A stretch of 64,000 bases of DNA. Origin: Octopus vulgaris (lineage: Eukaryota). A program made the position numbers and the translations under genes. The notes under the pieces were generated by a model that saw only the letters and a list, made by a program, of their open reading frames with translations, had not been told where the DNA came from and did not search any database. The DNA lies in the NCBI GenBank assembly GCA_951406725.2, contig OX597823.1:113584001-113648000 (forward strand), in the 5' to 3' direction. Below are positions 54,378 through 64,000 of the stretch, piece by piece; within the stretch, counting starts at the first letter, position 1; the number at the start of each line of letters is the position of its first letter.

Positions 54378-56531
54378 ATGAAAGAAGACATCGCAGAATT
54401 CTGCAGAAAATTAAGACTTACTGAGGAGCTATACGATAAATACAACGAGGACGAATCGTTAGCCAGAAATAGGAGTAACTACACCCCCTCGAAAGGTAAG
54501 AATAAAACACTTGATGATTTCTGTGACCACATATCAAATTACCCATATCAACATATGCACAAACAAAAACACAAACCAAACTTCAGCAAAAAAGAATGGG
54601 CTGAGTTGAACAAATTAAAACTAGATAAAACAATAACAATCAAAGAGGCCGATAAAGGGAGTGCTGTTGTCTTAATGGATACGACATTTTACATAACTTT
54701 GGTACTTTCTATGCTGGAAGACACAACATACTATGAAAAGGCACAAAACTACAGTCAACAAAAAATAATGAGGGAACTAAAATCCATATTAAACCCATAC
54801 AAAGCAGGGCTCACCGACAAAGAATATGATTATATGACCAATTTCACAAGTAAAACTAGCCAATTCTACGGTATACCTAAGATCCACAAAAGTGAAAAAA
54901 TAAGCAACGCATGCAAGATAGCTACAGACAAAATAATTAAAGTCCCTAATCCTAATGACCTCAAATTGAGACCCATAATAGCAGGTCCCGCATGCGAAAC
55001 CCACCGCCTCAGTAACTTTTTAGACACCCTGTTAAAACCACTCCTCAAACATGTCAAAAGCTATATAAGGGACGACTTAGATATGCTCAATCACCTACCG
55101 AATACTATAAACAAAAACACCATACTGGTATCCTTCGATGTAGTCAACCTCTACTCCAATATCCCCCACAACCTAGGACTAGAGGCAATCCAATTCTGGC
55201 TAGAGAATCACGCCAACGAACTACCACACCGCATCAAAAAAGAATTTGTGATAGAAGGGGTTAAATTCATCCTGGAAAATAACTTCTTCGCCTTCAATGA
55301 CAACTTCTACCGACAAAAATCGGGGACTGCGATGGGTACACGAATGGCCCCCTCCTTTGCCAACCTAGTCATAGGATACCTAGAGATCAGTCTGTATCGT
55401 AAGGTTCTAGAAAGATATGGCAGCCCTTTCTCCATCTACATAGAAAACAACTGGAAGAGATATCTAGATGACTGTTTCATCCTTTGGCATAAAAATATAG
55501 AAAAACTCATAGAATTCCAGAAAATTTTAAACGGACTGGACGTAAACATCCAATTCACGATGGAATATAGCCAACAACAACTCCCCTTCCTCGATATCCT
55601 CATTAAGAAAGCTAATAATATAATAGAAACAGACATATACTATAAGCCTACAGACTCTAAGCAATATCTTCCATTCAATTCATGCCACCCCAGACACACC
55701 AGGATTAATATCCCCTTCAATCTAGCAAAAAGGATATGCACTATAGTCTCTAACGCAAACACCAGAGACACACGACTACAAGAACTAAAAGATACCCTAA
55801 TCACCAGGAACTATCCACCTTCACTTATTGACAAGTGCATTCAACGTGCCCTTCAACTTAACATCAAGGAACTGAGACATCCCAAATCAAAGAAAAACTT
55901 ACAACCAAAAGCCTTACCATACATCTCCACACACAACCCTCTCAATAACGAAGCCTTCGACACCATCCTCCACAACATACCCCTCCTAAAAAAAGACCAC
56001 AGAATGAACACAATCCTCCAAACACACACGATCATAAAAAGCAAAAGACAGCCTAGATCCATGAAAAGTCTCCTTACACAAGCCCGAATTCACTCTTCAA
56101 CACAGAAGCCGACAGTAAAAAAATGTGGAAGACCCAATTGCGGGATATGCGACTATCTAATCGAGGGTTCTGAGTTCTCCTTCAAACAGGGACAACGGTT
56201 TACAGTGAAAAGCAACTTTACATGTGCTTCAGAGAACCTAATATACTCACTAACCTGCTCCGGGTGTCAAGAGCAGTACATAGGCCAAACAAAAAATGGT
56301 TTGCGTAAACGAATGGCCCTGCACAGATCCCAGATAAAAATTCCCCAAAACAGAAAAATAGCTTTTAGCCAACACATAGATACTTGCGCCAACAAAAAAA
56401 CACCAAACTTCAGAATTTTCCCCCTCTACCAATTTAGGGACGATACAACCTCGAGACAAAGAATAAGTAAAGAAAATCTCTTTATTACAAAATACAAGCC
56501 ACTTCTTAACGGGTCTACGACAAACAATTAA
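54378..56531 (+). CDS. PLE reverse transcriptase plus GIY-YIG endonuclease (N-terminally truncated; frame open from 54288)
   Basis: Upstream in-frame LSKGLKFTPTP; IKEADKGSAVV, YGIPKIHK, LRPII, SFDVVNLYSNIP, GTAMG, RYLDD, LPFLDI, YYKPT; Cys linker KCGRPNCGIC; LIYSLTCSGCQEQYIGQT. Confidence 0.95.
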   Translation: MKEDIAEFCRKLRLTEELYDKYNEDESLARNRSNYTPSKGKNKTLDDFCDHISNYPYQHMHKQKHKPNFSKKEWAELNKLKLDKTITIKEADKGSAVVLMDTTFYITLVLSMLEDTTYYEKAQNYSQQKIMRELKSILNPYKAGLTDKEYDYMTNFTSKTSQFYGIPKIHKSEKISNACKIATDKIIKVPNPNDLKLRPIIAGPACETHRLSNFLDTLLKPLLKHVKSYIRDDLDMLNHLPNTINKNTILVSFDVVNLYSNIPHNLGLEAIQFWLENHANELPHRIKKEFVIEGVKFILENNFFAFNDNFYRQKSGTAMGTRMAPSFANLVIGYLEISLYRKVLERYGSPFSIYIENNWKRYLDDCFILWHKNIEKLIEFQKILNGLDVNIQFTMEYSQQQLPFLDILIKKANNIIETDIYYKPTDSKQYLPFNSCHPRHTRINIPFNLAKRICTIVSNANTRDTRLQELKDTLITRNYPPSLIDKCIQRALQLNIKELRHPKSKKNLQPKALPYISTHNPLNNEAFDTILHNIPLLKKDHRMNTILQTHTIIKSKRQPRSMKSLLTQARIHSSTQKPTVKKCGRPNCGICDYLIEGSEFSFKQGQRFTVKSNFTCASENLIYSLTCSGCQEQYIGQTKNGLRKRMALHRSQIKIPQNRKIAFSQHIDTCANKKTPNFRIFPLYQFRDDTTSRQRISKENLFITKYKPLLNGSTTNN

Positions 56532-57265
56532 TATACCTCAACTTTAGAATAAAAGAAAAAAATATATATACACACACAAATACTACACTCCATAGAATCC
56601 ATTACTAATCAGCCCCTTCATAGCTATATTTACACCCATTCATATTCTCCCTTCTCTGTTTTTTTCTTCTTCTTCTTCTTCATCATCATCGTTATCATCA
56701 TCATCGGCGTCATCATCATCACCACCATCATCACCACCATCTTCTCCTTCTCCTCCTTCTTCTTCTTCTTCTCCTTCTTCTTCTTCTTCTTCTTCTTCTT
56801 CTTCTTCTTCTTCATCATCATCGTTATCATCATCATCGTCGTCATAATCATCACCACCATCACCATCATCTTCTCCTTCTCCTTCTTCTTCTTCTTCTCC
56901 TTCTTCTTCTTCTTCTTCTTCTTCTTCTTCTTCTCCACCCCCTACCCCTTAAGTTTGTCACTAATGTTTTTTAGTATAACACCTACGCTAATTCTATAAA
57001 CAATCCTGAATTGAACTGAGACTGCCAGCCGCCACTGACCATTCAAAATACGACCATCAGGGCACTCCCAGATTCTCCCACCCCCTTTCCTCACCAGCCT
57101 TCCCTCTACTACCCTACCAAGAACTCACAACTACCTCGAACACACAAGTGCAAACAAGGGAGTCAGAGAAAGGCAGAATGCCACTTAAATCTGAACACTA
57201 CTATAGAAATATTCTTTTAAAAAACTTTTCTTCTAATTTTTCTAAATTTAATTATTTAATCGTTA

Positions 57266-57303
57266 CAGTTGAAAAGGTCTCAAAATGACCGAAACCGGTA
57301 CTG
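57266..57303 (+). ncRNA. Minimal hammerhead ribozyme (U3-A8 core variant) in the PLE pLTR
   Basis: CAG-TTGAAAA-GGTC(tcaaaat)GACC-GAAA-CCGGTA-CTG: stem I CAG/CTG, stem II GGTC/GACC, palindromic ACCGGT stem III, GUA cleavage triplet. Confidence 0.75.
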
Positions 57304-57352
57304 AAATGTTCACTATAAAATTATTTTAGCATTTTCTATTTTTTACTTGTTT

Positions 57353-57918
<566 letters not shown>

Positions 57919-58952
57919 TATACATATTCCAAAGAGTGCATGAGCCTTTGTGTATCGTTGGGAATACCATATAATAACTGCCAATACATTTCCACAAACT
58001 TATATTATCGTCATTCTAGTTAATTAAATATATTACTCCCAGCCGTTATGGATACTACAAGTACCAAATGTTGGAACGAATATCGTAATTTATCTTGTGT
58101 TCCTCATCTTTTTTTCTATCTGCAGTGCCAAGGCTGCAGCTACTCTATTCTACTTCGAAACAATAACCATAAATCGTATTTTCACTCGCGAGTTTCTTGA
58201 ATTTTTACTTATCTTCTTTGCAAGATTTCTTATTCGGCATTTTCTTTCTAGTCATAATGTTCTTAACAATTATTCATCACCAGCAACGAATTTGTAATTC
58301 ATTCCGGGTTTTATGTTAATGAAAATAACCATTTTCCAACTTTGATGAATTGGTACTGATGCGAACATTTTCTTGGAAATGTAAAAAAGTAAAAAAATAA
58401 GAGCAATAACGAGACAAGAGCACGTAACGACGGCAAACATTACAAATAGCAACTACTAATATGAAACCAGTGTAAAACACGTGAGACGGATAGCCTCTTA
58501 TTTAGAATAATTACTACCATAGAACAAAAAGAGATTCTGCACGCAGGTTTTTTTAATTCCTCTCTTTTTTTTCATTAGTGCTCCAAATATATCGCCTAAT
58601 ACAATTATTATGGCTGTACTATATATTTAAGACGGACACTTCATTCTATCAATATCAGTTTTGCAGTACTTTCACAAATACGGTAATTATGTGTATTGTA
58701 TATTGGCAGTGTTATGGGTGTAACGTTTGTAATATAATATTCCACTGGCTGTATCTTCCATCTTAACTCCAGTGACTACTGTAGAAGATATTCACCAATA
58801 CAGAATATATCAAAAGCAAGGCAACAAGATATCGAACAAAGCTCTTACATATATCATCTTAGAATTATAATGGGGATGAAACAGTTTTCTATAATATTAC
58901 ATGTGTCATGCACCAACATATTACTTATTTCGAGATTTATTCATGGATATAC

Positions 58953-59463
58953 ATTTTTATTTATTTTTATTTATCTAGTTTCAGCTCACAAGCTGTGGCC
59001 ATGCTGGGGCACCGCCATTTGGTGTTGCTACATGATTTTACTTCACGAGTGCTTTTTAGCAATTGCCATTTGGTGCATGAGAGAGTTCGATGCGGCTGCC
59101 CTCATCTGTACCTCCTGCCGTGAAGTTGGTTCATCTCGGATACCTGACAAGAAGAGATCCAGTTTCATGTTTAAGACATCTGCCCCCCCCATGCATGTCT
59201 CTTAGGTTCTTCGGAAGGATATTGAAGAGCTGTGGGCCTCGGAAGCCCAGGCTATCACAGTATCCTGTCCTACATCCTGATGGCAAATTTGGAGTCCTTG
59301 GCACTATGCAGTGGCGCCCAGTTCTGGCATTTGTGTAACTCTCGATGCCAAAGTTTGGGACAAGTCCTTCTAGGATCTTCCAGATGTATATTATGGCATA
59401 TCTGTCTCGCCTACGCTCTAAGGAATAGAGTCTCAATCTCTTGAGTCTTTCCCAATAGCTTAT
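58953..59463 (-). mobile_element. CR1-like LINE 3' end (ORF2 C-terminus plus 3' UTR)
   Basis: SYWERLKRLRLYSLERRRDRYAIIYIWK...GPQLFNILPKNLRD, then after a frameshift DEPT...RAAASNSL; 3' stem-loop CAGC-ttgtga-GCTG and an A-rich repeat tail. Confidence 0.85.
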
Positions 59464-59787
59464 ATAGTACGGTTTTAATAAAAAAATAGTATTGATAAGA
59501 ACAAACAAGGAGGAACTAAATCGCTTCATTTAGTTCATAGAATAGCCACTAAATCTCCCTATAACCACACTATAATGTCTGCATACATGTCAGATAAAGT
59601 AATCTGAGAATAACCTACCAAGGAATAAAAGACTGAATGTGCATGAGGTTAAGCAAACCTTTCGATCATAATGTTGCATTAACAGAGATAATCATAACCT
59701 TGAATGGCATTGACTAATGGGTACAAAACAGTTTAAAATATGTATGTATGCAGGGATGAATCTCCCTCTCTCTGTCTTACTCTTTGA

Positions 59788-59824
<37 letters not shown>

Positions 59825-59828
59825 TATA

Positions 59829-59893
<65 letters not shown>

Positions 59894-59895
<2 letters not shown>

Positions 59896-59940
59896 TGCGC
59901 AAAGGTGACACGCAAATTCGTGAAGCATTCCATATTTTTT
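59894..59940 (+). pseudogene. U6: U6 snRNA 3' fragment (retrocopy)
   Basis: CCTGCGCAAAGGTGACACGCAAATTCGTGAAGCATTCCATATTTTTT versus canonical U6 CCTGCGCAAGGATGACACGCAAATTCGTGAAGCGTTCCATATTTT (3 mismatches). Confidence 0.93.
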
Positions 59941-59947
59941 AAATATG

Positions 59948-60004
59948 AATGGCGGTGCCCCACCATGGCCACAGCTCGTGAGCTGAAACTAGATGAAATG
60001 AAAT
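59948..60004 (+). mobile_element. CR1-like LINE 3' terminal tail fused to U6
   Basis: AATGGCGGTGCCCCACCATGGCCACAGCTCGTGAGCTGAAACTAGAT is nearly identical to the reverse complement of 58973-59019. Confidence 0.9.
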
Positions 60005-60018
60005 ATATATATACATAT

Positions 60019-60460
60019 GCGTAGGAGTGGCTGTGTGGTAAGTTACTTGCTTACGAACCACATGGTTCCCGGTCCAGTCCCTCTGCGTGGCAACTTGGGC
60101 AAGTGTATTCTATTATAGCCTCGGGCCGAGTAAAGATTTGTGAGTGGATTTGGTAGACAGAATCTGAAAGAAGCCCGTCGGATATATATATCTATATATA
60201 TATATATATATATTTATATGTATATATATATATACATGTGTGTGTGTGTATGTTCGTGCGTCTGTGTTTGTCCCCCCAACATCACTTGATAACCGATGGT
60301 AATGTGTTTATGTCCCCGTTACTTAGCGGTTCGGTAAAAGAGACCGATAGAATAGGTACTAGGCTTACAAAAAATAAAACCTGGGGTCGATTTGGTAGAC
60401 TAAAGGTGGTGCTCCAGCATGGCCGCAGTCAAATGAATTAAACAAGAAATGAGTAAGAGT
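60019..60460 (+). mobile_element. SINE family A
   Basis: Full head, microsatellite and tail structure. Confidence 0.9.
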
Positions 60461-60729
60461 ATATGTATATATATATATATATATAATGTTTAATCATATC
60501 AGAGGGAAATGGAATTTAATTAAATTTAAAATATTTCCAGTGGTCTGACGTGCAAAAAAATTAGTCATGAAGACTATATATTATTTATACGATATAGTGC
60601 ATATTTATACACATAAGGGATCCACTTAGGGTGAGATTCAACACATTATAGAACCACAAAAATAGCGGATAAAATTCGAACAGGAATAAATTTGGAAATG
60701 AAAAACATTTACCTTCTCGTTGCGAACAA

Positions 60730-60894
60730 GTCATTTATATCAACCTCAGTGTTGAACTGCTACTTATTCTATCGACGGAGAACGGATAGAAGACAAAGTA
60801 GACCTCGACGGAATTTGAAATCTGAAATTAAAGACGGACGAAATACCGCTAAGCATTAAAACCGGCGTGGTAACGATTCCGCCAGATTGCCGCC
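60730..60894 (-). mobile_element. SINE family B, diverged
   Basis: gacctcgacggaatttgaa...gacgaaataccgctaagc...ccggcgtggtaacgattccgccag..gccgcc. Confidence 0.8.
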
Positions 60895-61066
60895 TTTACC
60901 TTTAACGAAATATTAAAAAAAACAAAAAAAACCCTAATATTGAGTTATATGCTATTTCTGAATTAATGTACACACACAAACACATTACACACATAAAGAC
61001 AGTAATACGAATGAATGTGGTGCACTACATAGATATGGATGGACGCACAGACAGATAAACAAATAA

Positions 61067-61131
<65 letters not shown>

Positions 61132-61512
61132 CAGACAGGTAGATAGATAGATAGAAAGAAAGATAGATGGACATATACTTACGCTTAAAAATAAATGGGT
61201 AAAAAATTAACATAGGTAATAAAGTGATTGGATGTAATAATGTGACTTGCAAGGAAAAATATCGTAAATATTTTGGAATACTCAAATGCCAACTGTGAAC
61301 AAGTCGTCGCTTATTATGATACATTAGGGAATCATTATTTGCAGATTATTTGTCGATGTTGTCATAAAATAATCGTTAGACTAAAGTACAACATTGTATA
61401 TGATTGCTGAAGGAAAACATTTGTGCCTGGACACTGTCTTCGTTAGTAGTCCAAGAGGGAAAATAACATCCATTTTAAAACATACGTTTGTATATAGCAT
61501 GAAGCAAAATAT

Positions 61513-61846
61513 ATATTTCTTTATTGCCCACAGGGGGCTAAACATAGAGGGAACAAACAAGGACAGACAAACGGATAAAAGACAAAATTGACCTCGGCGG
61601 AATTTGAACTCAGAACGTAACGACAGACGAAATACCTATTTCTTTACTACCCACAAGGGGCTAAACAAGGACAGACAAACGGATTAAGTCGATTATATCG
61701 ACTCCAATGCGTAAGTGGTACTTATTTAATCGACCCCAAAAGGATGAAAGGCAAAGTCGACCTCGGCGGAATTTGAACTCAGAACGTAGCGACAGACGAA
61801 ATACAGCTAAGCATTTCGCCCGGCGTGCTAACGTTTCTGCCAGCTC
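61513..61846 (-). mobile_element. SINE family B, tandem dimer
   Basis: Two head-to-tail units (61513-61635 and 61636-61846) joined at gacgaaatac|ctatttcttt. Confidence 0.85.
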
Positions 61847-62638
61847 AGCAACAAAATTTTTGTTTCAGGAAACTTTTGAAAATTCGTTCCTAAGATTTTA
61901 ATATAAATATCTGTAAATAGTGAACTATTTTTTCTTTTTTTGACAAAAAAATTTAGGAATATATGTTGCATTTAGTGTTAGGAATTATGTTGTTTAACAA
62001 CATTTGTAAAAGAAAGCTAGTTATTCTGACATTATCAAATACAAAAGAAAACAATGAAAAAACTAAAGATGTAAAAATGAAAATGAAAAGATTTAATCGT
62101 GTTCTTATCTATCATGCTCAATTCTTCTTTGCAGGTGTCATAAATTCAAAGATTTTTTTGCCTCTTTCTCCTGTTAACTAGGCTGTTAATATCTTCTTCT
62201 GCTGAAAATATATGCTCTAAACTCACAGGGCAAACCTTTGAACTGAGAATTCTCTAGTTTCATAAATTTTTAGTTCACTAAAAGTATCAGTATCATATTT
62301 TAATTCCTTGGGTTCCTTAAGTGCATATTGCAGGTCGTATTCCCAATTTTCTAAACTCAATCCAACTATTGTTTTTTCAAATGAACCTTGAATACTGTAT
62401 TTGTAGACCCATATTTTTCCAGCTATTTACAATTATCCTATTTCTAATTTGGGTGAAGTCTGTGTGCCATGCGTGTTCACGTTTATGCAGGAGCCATCCT
62501 TATAGGGTAGCTCTCGTTTATAGTTACTCTGATTAATAGGGGGCCCTCTTTAACGTATTTGTGTGCAAAGTATTGCTTATATATGCAGGGAGAGAAGGCT
62601 TCGTCCCTAACGTTTAAGATGTTGTTTGTTATACATAA

Positions 62639-62709
<71 letters not shown>

Positions 62710-62814
62710 CTTAGGCTTTGCAATTACAAACACATTACACTACAGAAAATTATAAGCACCGATTTCAATCAAATTGACAAAAAAGAATTCAAAACATGAT
62801 TAATATAATCCTTT

Positions 62815-64000
62815 CTAAGTTGGGTAAAAGGCCTGATATTTTAGGCCCTCTTCAGTGCAAACTGAGTTGTCCAGGACAACGCAGTCCTCCACATCCAGCA
62901 ACAGCCAGTCAGAATGAACTAGATGAGCCTTCAAACTTGTAAGAGACCACAGTTGATACAGGTCGGCTGGAGAGTAGAAAGGCAGTAGGAGTCGTTTGCA
63001 TACCACCAGAGATATAGCAGCATGGGAGTTCTGTCCTACATGCTAAACGCCACGAGACCCTGATTGCATGCTGGGAACAGAACAAGCTTCCATGCGATCT
63101 CCGCGATGCTGTCATTATTACACTGTGCAAAACAAAGAGGAAATGTCAGACTGCTTAAACGGCCGGGAGATCACCCTGCTTTCCCTTGTAGGAAAAGTAC
63201 GAGCAAGATAACTCCTCAAAAGACGTGTTCTGTCCATCGCCGAAAATCACCTCACAGAAAGCCAATGTGGTTTCAGAGCCAACAGGGGCGCATCAAATAT
63301 CGTTTCCGTTCTCAGACATCTCCAAGAAAGTACCGAGAGGGAAACAAAACACTTTACGCAACATTTGTCGATCTGACAAAATCATTCTATACTCCGAGCA
63401 GGTGAGGTCTGTGGCAGATCCTAAACCAACTCGGCCGGCCCCCAAAATTTCTAACCATGAACATCGTGCTTCACGATGACCAACAAGATCAGCGACATAT
63501 CAGAGCCATTCCTCATCAACATCGGTGTGAAGCAGCACTGTGTCCTGGCACCAACTCTTTTTAGAATTTTCTTCAGCATGAGGCTCAAGCAGGTTACTGC
63601 AGATCTCGAGGCTGAAGATACCGTTTACATCAGATACAGTCTGGAAGGCGGTCTTTTCAACCTCCGGCGCCTACAGGCCCACACCAAGATCCAAGAGTAA
63701 TTGATCCAGGATCCTCTTTGCAGATGATGTCACACTTGTCGCACACACAGAAAGAGCGCAGCAGCGAATCACATCCTGCTTCGTAGAGGCCGATCAGTAT
63801 TTCGGACTGGAAGTAAGCTTGAAAAAGGCTGAAGTCCTACACCAACCAGCTCCCCAAGAAGAGTGCAGCCCTCCCCACATGACCATTGCTGAAAAAGAAC
63901 TCAACTGAAGTCGGAACAGCAATTTATTTATCTTGGGTGCGAGTATCGTCAAGGAAATTGACAACAGCCTTGCAAAGGTAAACAAAGCATTTGGCAGATT
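62815..64000 (+). mobile_element. RTE (BovB-like) LINE reverse transcriptase pseudogene, running off the window end
   Basis: Fragments IPPEI, CWEQ.KLPCDLRDAVIITL, ITLLS..GK, ESQCGFR, LYATFVDLTKSF, GVKQHCVLAPTLF, GGLFNLRRLQA and ADD, with many frameshifts. Confidence 0.9.

Overview
AT-rich, microsatellite-dense eukaryotic DNA with no convincing host protein-coding exon. It reads as intergenic or intronic sequence from a coleoid cephalopod, most likely Octopus, judging from the recurrent tRNA-derived SINE families; this assignment is from recognition, not a database search. Almost all interpretable signal is transposable elements: two mariners, a non-autonomous Helitron, a MITE, a possible Sola2-like remnant, Tx1/L1, CR1-like, RTE and two Dong/R4 LINEs, an old Penelope-like element (PLE), a young Neptune-type PLE with a 717-aa RT/GIY-YIG ORF and an inverted 3' duplication, and a Gypsy-like LTR remnant. 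Four observations stand out. (1) A tRNA-headed SINE carries a Penelope-type minimal hammerhead ribozyme motif in its tail and is inserted as a head-to-head dimer inside one apparent target-site duplication, suggesting a PLE-mobilised SINE. (2) A U6 snRNA 3' end is fused to a CR1-like LINE 3' tail. (3) The young PLE has a U3-A8 compensatory hammerhead core. (4) Several SINE families share 3' tails with different autonomous LINEs present in the same window. Most short ORFs in the track are microsatellite or antisense artefacts. Coordinates were read by eye and may be off by a few bases.
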